Origin: Trypanosoma brucei
Lineage: Eukaryota
DNA length: 64,000 bases
Direction: 5' to 3'
NCBI GenBank assembly: GCA_000002445.1
Contig: CP000066.1
Span: forward strand, 1,248,001 to 1,312,000
Shown here one piece after another: positions 32,123-44,700 of this stretch (within the stretch, counting starts at the first letter, position 1; every line of letters begins with the position of its first letter). The notes beneath the pieces were generated by a model that made no database searches, was not told where the DNA came from, and worked only from the letters and a program-made list of their open reading frames with translations. The translations under genes were made by a program, and so were the position numbers.

Positions 32123-34708
32123 TTAGGGTACAACTTCATCTCCATCCCTTCCATCTCCTCCGTCCCCGTTACCTCTTTCTTCCATCTCCCCATGGTTCTC
32201 TTCCCGCTGCTCCCCCACTTCATATTCTTCTGCCAACCCTTGTCCTTCCTCCACCTCCTCTTCCTCCCCTTCCTCCACCTTCTCAGCCTCTTGCCCTTCC
32301 TCCACTTCCTCTTCCTCCGCTATTCCCCCGTTTTCTTCACAGACATCCTCCTGTGCGTCCACAACTTCGTCATCTTCGAGACACTGCAATTGGTGCTCGG
32401 CGAGGTCGACTTCCTCCTGCAACTTTTCTAATTGCTGCCGAAGTTGAGCAAGTTGTTCCCCTGCTTTTTGTGTCTCCAGCTCCAGAGGTGTGGGATCATG
32501 TCCCTGCTTTGTTATAGTTTCTAATGAAACCCTCAGCTTTTGAAGTTCTTTCCGCGCGACTACCAGCTGACCACCGGCCATCTCTGGACTCTGTTGTTTA
32601 CACCATTCAAGATCTTCCAACAGCTGGGCACGAACCGCTTCGGCCGCTGTGTGCTCCTTCAGTAGCTGCTCTGCGTGACTTGCAGACTGTGATTGCAAAG
32701 ACTCACAAAGAGTACGGAGTGAGGGAAGCTGCCGTACCGAGCGCTTTGTGTCCACCAGGCGCAGCCGCGCTTCTTCAAGCAGAATCGTAATGTCTTCCGC
32801 ATACCCACTCATCAGGGGTACACCCACCTTTCCGTGAAGAAGGCGCTCGCCCGCCACCGTGAGGCGGACGAGAAATGCAACGTCCCTTTGCAGTTGCCTC
32901 TCATCCTTGTACAAGTTTGAGAGATCCCAGAGGCGTGTGTTGATTGATTTCACGAGTTCCTCTGTGCTCCTAGCGAAGACATCGACAAAGTGCCCCAATA
33001 TATCCGGTTCTTCCACTTCGATATTGTTTGCAGCACTTTCGACCTCTTCCCCCTCTTCTCTGACTGCTTCTTCATTCACACGGACGTTCCCCTCTTGGTG
33101 GGTTGTATGTTTTCCCACAACACTTGTTGTTGTTGATCGCAATTTCCCAGCTATAGAAGCAAACTTTCCATTTCCAGAAGTGGCCAAGAGCTGCACCAGA
33201 GAAACACCTTTGATGCGCTGCTGGAGGCGCGCGTTTTCAGCAATGAGGGTCACGATTGAGGCATGTTGTGTAGCGGACTTCACTTCGTATTGCAGAAGTT
33301 TCTCTTCTTGCTCTGGTGACGGTGGGCAAGCCATGGAACCCCTTAGTACTTCTGTGACAAGATGTTTGTTGAGTTCGGCGGATCTCTGACAAAGCGCAGC
33401 GCAGGAGTGTTGCAGTAGGCATCTGCGCCCCTCCTCCGCGGCTCGCGCGCCAAGAAAGAAGCATTCGCCCCCCACCACAGAGTGCGTTGAGAGGAGCAAC
33501 TTCTCCTTCAGTAGTTTTCGCAACGAGACCAACTCCCGGTACAAAGCACTTCTCAGTTTCTGCAAGTCCTCATAGCGTTGCATGGCACTCCGCAGGAAGC
33601 CTTGCGACACCTTCGGCACCTTAACATCCGAAGCGGACGCAAGTAAAGTTGCGACAGCGATCTCCGCTTGATGCAAACGTTTTTGCTGGCGTTGCTGTTG
33701 GGAAAGGAGTTGTTCCTCTGCTGCTGTAGGGTTTTGCGCGGCTAAGTGGTCAATCATCTGCTCCTCTGCGATGAGAAGAGAACGCTCCGCCCCCCAGAGG
33801 GAATATTGGTTCCATCTCGCCATGAGCTCCGGCACACACCTTTCGATTTCGTGTTGTCTACTGCACAATGCATCACTTGTTTCACACACTTGCTGCAACT
33901 TGTTACTCAGCGCTGACAGAGCCGGTGCCGCTGGGCCGATCAGCTCTGGGGGGACCTTTTGCAGTGCCTTCTCCATCTCTTCGAATCGGCGCCTCCCTTT
34001 ATCTACAAATTGTTTGGTGGGTACTGTGCCGCCTGAGGTCTCGGTTGCCAGTGGTGGGGTCCAGCTACATCCTTCCGGATTCATCGCCCTTGTCCTCGCT
34101 CCTGCACACTTCAGCCAATGAGACCGGGTTCCGAGGCGTGCAAGACGTTCCGCGTTGCCGTACAGCTCCATCATTTGGGCACACTGACTTGGCTGCAGAG
34201 GGCAGTATGGAGGATTTGTTGCTGTTGTTGTTGGTGATGAGGATGGCGCAGCTGCAGCTGCAGCTGTTGTTGGTTTTGTTCGTTTCCCCTGAAGTCCCGC
34301 CAGAAGTGCACGGAGGTGACTCATGCAACCACGGAGGGCCTCCCGTTCTGCAGTCTTCAGAGTCATTTGGAACCGTTGTGCACAAGCGGAATTCCTTCGC
34401 CCGGACTCCAGTGCCGCCACACGGTTGAGAAGTTCTCCATATGTTTCATCCGCTTCATCCACATCATCGACCGCTTCCACGGAGTAGCCGATGAACGGTT
34501 CCCCTTCTGTGCATCCCTCCGCATCTTCCTCGAGGCGCGGTTGCTTTTCTGGTGGTTCATGAGTTGCTACTTCATGCTTAGAGTCTGGTTCCTGTAAGTT
34601 GTCTTCCCGCGGGCGCTTTTTCTGAGCATTTGTCACTTCGCTACTGAGGCCTTGCAACTCGCCCTCACGCTCCTCCACTAGCGGGTTGTCATCAAATTGA
34701 GAGAGCAT
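32123..34708 (-). CDS. coiled-coil hypothetical protein (861 aa) with a strongly acidic Glu-rich C-terminal tail
   Basis: ATG verified at 34708. The central region has long heptad-like stretches. The C-terminal approximately 100 aa (encoded near 32123-32420) contain repeated EEVEEGQ/EEGEEEE units. Confidence 0.7.
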   Translation of the reverse strand: MLSQFDDNPLVEEREGELQGLSSEVTNAQKKRPREDNLQEPDSKHEVATHEPPEKQPRLEEDAEGCTEGEPFIGYSVEAVDDVDEADETYGELLNRVAALESGRRNSACAQRFQMTLKTAEREALRGCMSHLRALLAGLQGKRTKPTTAAAAAAPSSSPTTTATNPPYCPLQPSQCAQMMELYGNAERLARLGTRSHWLKCAGARTRAMNPEGCSWTPPLATETSGGTVPTKQFVDKGRRRFEEMEKALQKVPPELIGPAAPALSALSNKLQQVCETSDALCSRQHEIERCVPELMARWNQYSLWGAERSLLIAEEQMIDHLAAQNPTAAEEQLLSQQQRQQKRLHQAEIAVATLLASASDVKVPKVSQGFLRSAMQRYEDLQKLRSALYRELVSLRKLLKEKLLLSTHSVVGGECFFLGARAAEEGRRCLLQHSCAALCQRSAELNKHLVTEVLRGSMACPPSPEQEEKLLQYEVKSATQHASIVTLIAENARLQQRIKGVSLVQLLATSGNGKFASIAGKLRSTTTSVVGKHTTHQEGNVRVNEEAVREEGEEVESAANNIEVEEPDILGHFVDVFARSTEELVKSINTRLWDLSNLYKDERQLQRDVAFLVRLTVAGERLLHGKVGVPLMSGYAEDITILLEEARLRLVDTKRSVRQLPSLRTLCESLQSQSASHAEQLLKEHTAAEAVRAQLLEDLEWCKQQSPEMAGGQLVVARKELQKLRVSLETITKQGHDPTPLELETQKAGEQLAQLRQQLEKLQEEVDLAEHQLQCLEDDEVVDAQEDVCEENGGIAEEEEVEEGQEAEKVEEGEEEEVEEGQGLAEEYEVGEQREENHGEMEERGNGDGGDGRDGDEVVP

Positions 34709-35013
34709 GGTACTGAAGTGCTCCTTCTCTCAACTAAAAGTTCTGTACCTTTGGAAAAAAAATTAAAATAAAATAAGAAAAAGACATCACCACGACAACA
34801 CCAGTAGCAAAAGGAAGGAAGGGGGAAAAAGGCAAAGATGAGGGGTTGTTCCACTCCATCCTTCTCCTCCCTTCTCCCCCCCCCCACACACACACAGGAG
34901 ATATTTTTATGTGTATCTCTGTGCTGACGAGAGCAAGTGAGCAGCCGGTGGCAGCATCGGTCAAGGATCAAGGAAGAAGGATTGCGACTGGAAAAAGATG
35001 GCGGGTTTGGCTG

Positions 35014-35083
35014 ATTGGTTGGTTGTGTGTGTGTGCGTGCGTGCGTGCGTGCGTGCGTTGTGCGTTGTGTGTTGTGTATGTAT
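35014..35083. repeat. alternating purine-pyrimidine (GT)n/(GTGC)n compound repeat
   Basis: ttgtgtgtgtgtgcgtgcgtgcgtgcgtgcgtgcgttgtgcgttgtgtgttgtgtatgtatttgtgtg. It has potential to form Z-DNA. Confidence 0.85.
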
Positions 35084-38071
35084 TTGTGTGTAGTTGCTGC
35101 ACAAAAAGGAAGGAGGAGGGGAGGGGGAAAAGAGGTAGAAAAACACAAAACAAAACAATAAGGTAGAAGCAAGTTATGCTTCACAACACACACACCGACC
35201 CCTACCTCCCGGGAGGATTTTCTGTTTTCCTCCATTTCAACTTCCACACCCCATTGATTCAATGCTTGCAAATGCGACGACACGCACATGCACAAGTCTG
35301 CGGGTAACACAAGTGTGCGTGTGCATGTGCATGTGTGTGTATATATGGGGTTCAGATACAAACAAGGGGGGATCAAAGTAAAGTAAAGAAAATAATAATA
35401 ACAATAATAACAAAAAGAAAGAAACCGAGCGTGGGCATGTATTTTTTTTTCCCTTTGCGGAGTGTGCGCGTGCATAGGGAAGAGGGGATGGAGGTGGTAA
35501 TACATTGATGTGCTGGGTGGCACATTTACTGAATTATGCGGTTACAAATATTTTCTTCACATATATACATATTTATTTAATAGTCCACCTTCCTATTCCT
35601 TTTCTTTCTCCTCGTTTTCTTTTTTTCTTTTCTTAATTTTCGAGGAAAGAAGCCATTTGTTTCACGTTGTACACATTCTCGTCATTTAAAAACAAACACG
35701 CACGTCAATATATGTAAATATAAATGTATTTGAAGCTTGTGCGTGTGTGAGGAAGAGAGAGCAGTGGTGACACATACGTAATGGTAAAGGGCAATCACGC
35801 ACTCCATTAACATATACATTGAAGAGTAACAAAACAAAAAAAAAAGGAAAAAATGGAGTGTGGGAAAATGTTTTATTTTTATTTTTAATTTATTTTTATG
35901 TTCCTCCCCCCTAATTCATTTCGATATTTCTCCCTCTTCTTTTTCACTGGCGCTGATGGTAGTCAGGCACCTTTATCACGTACCACCCCCATAAGAGCAC
36001 ACGCGCACACACAAAAAAAAAGGGAGAAGAAAAGAAGCCGCTTCCCCCAATAACACACAACAGGAAAAAAAGAGGGGATAATTAAAGAAGAAGAAGAAAA
36101 AAAAGGAGTTGTTGAAGCGGAAACAGTAACAACCGGCAGTCAATCGTACGGAATAAAACAAGAAGGGGGGAAAAAAAACTTCAGAAGAAGTGATGTTTGC
36201 CTTTGGGTCTAAGAGCGGTAGCTATAACCCCATTTTCTAAGAGAAAATACCAACTTGCTTCCGCGGATTCTTGCAGAAGTATATGAACAACATATCAACG
36301 CAAATACATGTAAACATATAAACAAACGTGTCTGAGATGTGAAGCAACCCATCAAAATAGAGGAACAAACAAGCAGAATACCTGGAGACAACAATAACAA
36401 TAACATTAATAATAATAATAGTAGCGATGATGATGATGATGATAAAGGGGAATATAGCGTACAGCTCGAAGCATTTTTTTAAAAAAAAACCGCAAGCAAA
36501 CGAAAAAGGGTACGCAATAAACCAAACGACGACCGCGGAAGTCACAGATCAGTCAACAAGAAAATGATTAAGAAATCGGAGGAAAAAAACAAGAAGACGA
36601 AAAACAAAAACAAAAACAAAAAACAACAAACAAAAACAAGTAAGAAGTTTGAGGAATACCGGGATTCCACAGAGCCGCACTACACACAAACACAAACACG
36701 AACACACAAAATATTGACCAAACGCCTGTTGGAGGGAGACGAAGAAAAATAATAGCGGGGAAAACAGATTTCGTCGCAGTCATGTTTAGCGGCGGGTCCG
36801 GGCCCTCCATCGACCGCATTTATCTTTTTTTAATTTTTATTTTTAACTTCACTTCATTTCATCTCCGTTTTGTTTTTATCGTCTCCTTCCCTATGTACTT
36901 TCCTTTTTCCCCAACTTATTATTATTATCATCCTTTTTTTTTACTTATTATTAATATTATTCTCTATTGGCACAATTTCACAAACACATACACCAAAAAG
37001 AAAGTGAAACATTACATTTTACATCACCAAATAAAACTCGGAAAAGGGAGACGAGATGATAATAAAACAGAGTAAAAAACATAAAAAACAACAACAACAA
37101 CAACAACATGGGAAGGAGGAGGAAAGGCAATCAAACACAACACAAACACAACACAACACAACACACACACACACACGAAGAAAAAAACAAAAAAGTGACA
37201 AGGAAAAATTATGAGTTAGGCTCCAACACCAAATCAAATAAAGTCAAAAGTCAAGTCAAAAGCATGAAAGCAACAGCGATAACTGCAATAATGCTGTGCA
37301 AGAAAAGGAAGAGAACGAAAAGAAGGGGAGCACAATCAACATACTCATAAAGGCGAAATCGCTGGTTGCTGCTTTTTGTTATTATTGCCTTTGCTTGGAT
37401 GAAAGAAAGTAAGAAAGAAAAACCAAAACAAAACCAACCACAGAAAAGAAAAAAGAAAAAAAAAAGGAAAAAAAAAGCGTACACGCAAGGGAAGGAGAAG
37501 GAAGAAAAACCCAATCCAAATTTCGAAAAAAAAAGATATCACCTGGAAAGATATAATATCGTGGCGACCACTTGCACTTACGGAACACAGGGGGAGGGTG
37601 AAGCAGATGTGATTCGATATACGTTAATATATATATATATATAAATATGCGTGTTTTCCCTCCGACCATTCTGTCTCCTCTCCCTTCGAAACCCCAATCG
37701 ATGCCAGATGCATGCATACTTATTTAAGATGAATAGTCATAATAACAATAGTAATGACAACAACAACAACAATAAATATTTAAGTATACCCTAACTATAT
37801 AGTGATTATATATATATATATATATTCAAACGTGCATACTCTCTCTCTCCCTCACACACAAACACACACACACGCACACGCATTTATAACCGTGAACAAA
37901 TAGAAGATAGAAGGGAAGGAAAGTGCTGGAAGGAATACGTGATGCGGCTGAACATAAATACTTTACTTAACTTCCCTTTCCCTTTCACCTTCCGTGCAGC
38001 GTTACATTCCATGTGCGTGATAAAGTTGAAAAATAAACCGAAAGCAAACGCAAACACACACTACAGCCACT

Positions 38072-38074
<3 letters not shown>

Positions 38075-38106
<32 letters not shown>
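38075..38106. repeat. (AT)16 microsatellite
   Basis: Read directly. Confidence 0.95.
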
Positions 38107-38109
<3 letters not shown>

Positions 38110-38679
38110 AGTGTGCGTATGGTTGCTTCCCATTTATTCACATTATTCATACGTATTCCCTCTTATTTTCACCTTCCCACATTGCACGGTTGGGGTTCCA
38201 ACTGAGTAACGCATGTGAAGTGACAACAGCAGTGAGAACAAATGAATATAGAGAACGAAAACGGAACCAACAACAAGAAAAAAAAAAGAAGCGAGGAAAG
38301 TGTTCGGTGGAGGAGTCTCTCACCCCAACATCATTAGTAATAATAGTAATAAAAACAATAAATGGACTAAATCTGGGGAAAGTTACAAAAAAGGACAAGT
38401 TGCCACCTGACCAATGACCGACACCACCACAGCATTTAAGAAAAAAAAAAGAAAACAACTCTACACGAGGATGAAAAGAAACACAAAACACGAAAGCAAC
38501 ACGAAAATGACTGTCAAAGATACGGGCGCACGCCTGTACACAACATAGAGCAAGGTAACGGAACGTAATGCCACTTCCACAGGGTTCAAATGTGACGACC
38601 GTTGCAACGAAAAAAAAAGCGGAAAAAGACTAAAAAGAAACAACAACTATACATTGGAAACATAACACGAATAAACCGC

Positions 38680-38682
<3 letters not shown>

Positions 38683-38710
<28 letters not shown>
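38683..38710. repeat. (AC)14 microsatellite
   Basis: Read directly. Confidence 0.95.
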
Positions 38711-39350
38711 TTAAAAGGGAAATATCATCTCATCTTATTTCATTTCACTCACTTACCTTTCATTTAACTTTTCACTCCGTTTTGCGACTGTATTGACGAT
38801 GATAACACGAGCCCTTCAAAGATACGGACGTAGGGGCTCACAGATAGTGTTTGAAATACATTCTTTTTATTTTAATAAGTGCCCTCTTCCCCCTTATCTC
38901 TTCGCTCCCCTTTCCCTTTTATCTTTTGTTGGTTTCCTCCATTTTATATAACGTTTCGTCCTATTTTCCCCTTTTCTAATCACTCACTCAACCACACACT
39001 CACCCTCTCCCTATCCTTCATTCTTTCATCCGCACCTTTCATCTTTCCACTCCCTTCTACCACCGGCGAGCGCCACATCATATATATATATATATAAAGT
39101 AAGAAAAGAAACAGCGGCCGCAACAGCGATTTAGACTGACCACCATTCGCTCGCTTGCTTTCAACATCAATATTTCGTTTTCCTCACTCCTCACTTATTA
39201 TTGCATTGCCATTTCGGTTCATTGTATGCATATGTATATGTATATGTAAATATAAATATAAATTTCTTCTTTTTTTTGCTTTTAGTCTGTTAAGCATACG
39301 AAACACACAGAACACACGCACACAAACACACACCTAACGCAACTGCCGTA

Positions 39351-40268
39351 TCAAAACTTTGGAAAGCGTGTGGAGGCAAAAATTGCGTTGTCTTCAAGCG
39401 CCTTCTTTGCTAATTGTTTCCGATGGGGAATCTTTCCTAAAAGGATGGGCCTATGACGCGGCCGCTCTGGCTTTTCCGCTGGTTTCGGCTCGTCTCCCTC
39501 CGTCGTACCGGCATCTGCTTCCGCCCCTACTTCCCCATCCGCATTGGCAGGTGCCACCGCCCTTGTAGCACCAGTTTCTGTCTCCCCCGTTTTATTATCC
39601 TCCTTGTCGCTTGCATCACTTATAGCAATTTCCTCTTCTTCATTCCAACTGATGCTCGGCGGCCGCTCCCGCCTCTTGACGAGCCCCCGGTTCCGGTTCG
39701 CGTTAAACCACGGGAGGCTGCGCATTCCGGGGAAGTCAATGCTATACGTGAAGGTTTCCGACCCGCTGCTCGCATCACTGGCATCCGCCGCTCCCGGTGA
39801 ATCATCGCAAGATACCCATTGCCCATTTGCCATGGCCTTCGGTGAACTCTTCCGTATGGCGTCCTCACCATCTACAGCGCCGAGACGCTTTCCACTAAGC
39901 GACTCTGCCAGTTGACCGCTGTTCTTCCTCAGAGGTTTTATATCGTCGCAACCGACACCCGCCAGATCGGCTTTCTTAGGCAGCGCCTGTGGGATATATT
40001 TGGAGGGGAGGAGACAACCAGTCTTCGGCTGGGGCAAAGGTTTAAGCACCACTGGTGCCTTTCTAACAAACATCTCAAATCCAGTCTGAAGTGTCGCGTC
40101 GTTGCCGCCATTTGATGATGTTTGGGTATTGTCCTTTACTCCCGCAGAATTTTGGACCCGCCCCGGCGTATTACCTTTGCTCGAATTCGAACTTTTGCGG
40201 GAAGGCGTCCCTTGCGATCCTCTACTATGATCCTTTTTATCATAGTTTTTGACGACAGCCCCTCCCAT
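39351..40268 (-). CDS. low-complexity hypothetical protein (305 aa; Ser/Gly/Ala/Asp/Lys-rich, N-terminal MGG)
   Basis: ATG verified at 40268. It is the only ORF longer than 120 aa in the 7-kb stretch 34709-41775, and it is on the transcribed strand. Composition suggests an intrinsically disordered protein. Real-gene status is uncertain. Confidence 0.4.
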   Translation of the reverse strand: MGGAVVKNYDKKDHSRGSQGTPSRKSSNSSKGNTPGRVQNSAGVKDNTQTSSNGGNDATLQTGFEMFVRKAPVVLKPLPQPKTGCLLPSKYIPQALPKKADLAGVGCDDIKPLRKNSGQLAESLSGKRLGAVDGEDAIRKSSPKAMANGQWVSCDDSPGAADASDASSGSETFTYSIDFPGMRSLPWFNANRNRGLVKRRERPPSISWNEEEEIAISDASDKEDNKTGETETGATRAVAPANADGEVGAEADAGTTEGDEPKPAEKPERPRHRPILLGKIPHRKQLAKKALEDNAIFASTRFPKF

Positions 40269-40859
40269 TGTGCAGCACCCTGTAAAAGGGGATACAGTAT
40301 CCTTTTACAAATTGCAGCAGGTGCGTAACGGTCTATATCAATGCCACTACGGCGAGGCAAATAGTAATACAGTACTTGTGCTAGAAGCCCGCTCACCTAA
40401 GGGCTTTTTCTCTTTTCCCCCCTTTCTTACAGTGTACTTTCACCCACAACTTCCTTCCTTCCTTCCTTCCTTTTTTATTTTTTATTTTCTCTTTTTGCTG
40501 CGTGTGCGCGTGCTAACTGTTTTGCTCTTCTTTCCTTATCTCCCCTTTCCACTATTCCGTCGCTTACTTTGCCCAAACACGGTTAGGCAGTTACCCACAC
40601 TGGCGCAACGCCTTTTCCGTACGTGTACGCCTATGTATATATACGTATATATATATATTTATATATGTATATATGTGCGTGTGAGCCCTTCCTCAACCGA
40701 GTGAATAGTTCCCCAGGACGTTGAGGAAGGCTGGAGGTGCCACGGCGTTAACCAACCAAACAACCCCCCAAAAAAACAATAGCAAAAAGCGCCTCAAAAC
40801 GCGGAAGGAAAGAAAGTCGGCACCCCAAACCAATCGGTATGCCTCCGTTCTTCTCACCG

Positions 40860-40932
40860 CACACACACACACACAAACACTATTCCTTTGTTATTTCCCT
40901 CCCTTTTGTTTTCCTTATATATATATATATAT
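40860..40932. repeat. (CA)8 and (TA)8 microsatellites about 40 bp apart
   Basis: acacacacacacacaca at 40860-40876 and tatatatatatatata at 40917-40932. Confidence 0.85.
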
Positions 40933-41775
40933 TTCTTTTTGTCTTTTACGGTTACTTTAGACTCGCGAGTGAACGCCAGCTGCTGTTGTTTTTGTTTGCT
41001 TGTGACTAGAGACTGTCGATGTGCACGTTTTAAAAAATTTACCACTGGTCCTATACGGAGGGGGTTTCAACAGTCCTTCCACAATGCTCTTTTCCTATTC
41101 CCTCCCGTCGTTGCTCTTGTTACAATGGCAACAATGCTAACCAGTACTCCACAGCTGGAGGGCGTCAAACAACTGAGGATTGTGACAGAAAAGAAGGAGA
41201 GGGGGAAAACAACAAAGAAGACATAGGAACAGAAAGGTAGAGGTTAATCAGGGAGACACATACACACACAGAGATTCATACAAACTTGCGTTGGAATAAA
41301 ATTGGAAAGAGCACAGAGAGACATTCACTTAAAATGGGGCAACAACTTTAATCCCGTAGCAATGGGATGTGGATTTGCAGACGCGTAAGGGGGGGGGCAC
41401 AACAGGGAGGTTACGTGTTCAATCGCCCCCTAATTTGCGTGGAGTTAGCCGTTTAATCGGGAAAGATACACCCTCTCTGACGCACAGGAACGAGGGGAAA
41501 TCAAATTTAGAAAAACATTCAGCGTAAAACAAACAAACAGCATCTGCACATAACCTTCTTAAGTTCTTGCACCGTATTTAGACATGATCTCCGCTTACAC
41601 CACCGCTATACGAGGATACTCCACCTTGACAGTTTAGTCCACACTTGAACTCCATCTACAGGGCATGTGCCCCCAGAAGTTGGTTGTCTCTGTTGCTTAA
41701 ACGTGCCATACTCTTCAATCCTGATTCACTTCATTTCATTACATTACCTTCGTTCCTTCCGTCCCCAGATTCATG

Positions 41776-44700
41776 CTACTGAGTTTGCGCTGCAGCTGCC
41801 GAGCGAACTTTGTAGTCTTCCTCCATTGCACTATTCAGCTCACGCACAAGCTCACGGTAACGGCGGGCTGTTGCCTCAGCAGCGGTATATTCCTCCATCG
41901 TTTTCAGAGGAACGCTGCGCCCAAGCTGTTGCGTGAATTCATCTCCAAGAGCCTGCTGTGCATGAACCATCCACTGTATAAAGAGCGTAACCTCGCATAC
42001 GTCGTCGATAGGACTCATATAGTTGTCACCTTCATCTACACCTCCCTCAACATCCTCATCTTCATCATCGCTATCAAGAGTGCAGTCATCAACATTCGAA
42101 CCACCGTCACTGAAGTCATCTATTCCAAGCACATCTTCATCCTCCACATCGATTTCTTCCGCTTCCTCGGACTCAACTCCGAGGCGTATGTTTGTTATTT
42201 TCTCCTCGCTTATGCGACATCGAGGTACGAGTTGTGTGTGATTGGCGAAAATGCAGTGCTGAATCAACGCCACCGTTTGTCGAAGATATGGTTGGAACGA
42301 GGTTAAATTAATGCTACTCTGGAAGGTTACACAAGAGGTCGATGTAAGGTATTGTAGAAGGGAAATGAGCCCTAATGCAAGAACCTTGCGCGTGAGGAGC
42401 GATAGATTCTCAACAACTTCTTCATCCGCATTCTTTCCACCGCTCCCGCGTTTCTTCTTCCCCTTCGTTTTCTGAGGTGGATTTATCGCTGCGCGGAAGA
42501 AGTTGAACAAGGAGTCGAAGAACTGAGAGTAGGCACTATTCTCCATAATGATGTGAAGTGTGGCCGCGGCGTTATAGTAGAAGGCGTCCATCACTGCCAC
42601 CACGATCCAAACGCGCAGTCGCACCTCCCCCTCGTGAGCGTTTTTGTCCGCCAGGGCACGAAGTAGCAGCAAAACAAAGCGAGGCAAGTAGGCATCAAAC
42701 AAGCCGGGTACCGCCTCACAGTGTTTTGACTGATGGAGCAGCGCCTCAACAAGTTGTGGCACACCCACTTTGTCGCTCACACCACACACGGCTTGAAAAA
42801 GAATTTTTTCGCACGCCCCAAACGTTGCCTCCATCAGGGCAGTATTCTGAACGTACTCTGCTGCTTCGTTCGATATGTAGTTGTCCAATACTTCTTCAAT
42901 TAATCCAAAAAAGTCTACCCCGATGCCTGAGTCGATGGACTTGAATAGCAACGGAAGCAAGTCCCAACACTCGCGTGTGATGGGCTTCGCATTGTTGACC
43001 ACGATCAGCCATATTCCAAGTGTCTTCTCCATGAATTCATAGTTATCTGGTCTTTCCATTACTGCCCTTATCAACCGCACAACATCAGGCATTATACTCT
43101 TGAATACCTGTGAATCGTTGGCAGAAGCCTCCAACACATTTTGCAGCGCGTCGAGCAACGCGCAGGCGCTCATATCTGCGCTCCAATAGTCTTGTAGAGC
43201 ATTTTCATCCATTGCTTCTTCTTGGTGCGCCATATCGAATGCAGTTGCTAGAAAAACATTCACAAGCGCTGCGCCGAGTTTGTGAAGCACCGGTTTCAGC
43301 TCTGGTGAGAAGTTTTCAACGAGGAACAACAACATCGTGGGCACAAGGGTTGTATGGACTCGGTTAAGGAAACCCAAGCACTCTTCAACGAGCGGGACAA
43401 GGACGTTCTTTATATACGGCCAGACCCGCTTCATTTCAACCAAGGAACACATGACGTCGATTACACCCAACCGAATACGGGCATCAGGATCCTGCAGAAG
43501 GGAGGAAAGAAGTTGGAAGAATGAATCAAAATCCTCGGTTCGCATTGGCGCCCTGACGTAGCGCTGATAAGTCGTTGTGGCCTTAAACCGCAAAGGAATG
43601 CAGAAGGCGGTGGGAAGCATACGCGGTGCAACAAACGAAACAAGAAACTGAGCAACTTGCGTGTTCCACACCTCACGGTCACTTCGAAGATACTTCCGAA
43701 GCGCCGAGAAGAGATGTAGAAACCCAAAGGTCTGAGCGAACGTCTCCGATGTGTCTCCTCTGGAAAGACCAACGGTAATCACGTTCAACATTTGTGGCAG
43801 CAGGTTCTCCTGGTAGTCCTTATTCCCCTTAATGAAAGCTACTATTGTATTAGATGCTGTGACGCGCGTGGACACCTCACCGTCCTCGAAGGTCCCCTCC
43901 AACATGTACTGAGCAAAGTCAGAGATATCGTCAGCGTTTGCGAAGACAGCCTCATCCTCTTCATTGCAGCAAAGATAAGGAAATAACGAGGATTCCACCA
44001 CCTGCAATAGTCGGGGAAGGAGACACTTTCGATAGAGATTCTCATCAAATGTGCACAGCTTCAAATAACGCATGGCGGCGATGTCGGTGCTTTGGTGCTG
44101 ACTTCGCGCCTTTGACGTCGCCGAGTACTCTAACCAGCGTGGCCAAACCTCGAGAAATGCCTGTGCATGTGTTTCTAGAAAGTGCTTGGCCACAGGTTGG
44201 GGGCTCTTCTTTTTCGTTGCATCATTCATTATGGAGTAGGATATCATGGCAATTCGCTTGACGCAACGAACATAGGATTCGTAAACCTTCTGCGAGCCCC
44301 CCGCTGCGGCGTCGTTAGCAGCCGCAAAATGACGTTCAGGGTAAGTGACCATGGTGCTGAACCAATCGTCAAAAACATTGGCCGGAATGTTATGATCACG
44401 CTTCACTTGTAACACTGCCTCGACGACGCATTCCATAATTTTTAATACCATATGGTCCACTTGAAAATCCCCGTAGGACAGGAAGGGGGTCAATGCAGTG
44501 ATGAGGGCGCTGCAGACCTCCAACTTGTCCCCCATGGGCACAAGGTTGGGTGTCTTGTAGCGCTTCACAAACACATACAACAGTCTCAAGGAGGCAATTG
44601 AACGGTCTGCGGTAATCCCGTCTCTGCTGCATATAATTTCCGGCATCAGCTTATGTACGTAATTCCACTGAAATAGACTAATAAGCGTGCTGATGCACGT

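Noticed and set aside
34678-35523. 281-aa minus-strand ORF at the edge of the ORF desert
   Set aside because: Its translation is dominated by microsatellite-derived runs (HARTHARTHTQ, CYYCYYYF). It reads as an artefact of (GT)n/(GTGC)n repeats rather than a protein.
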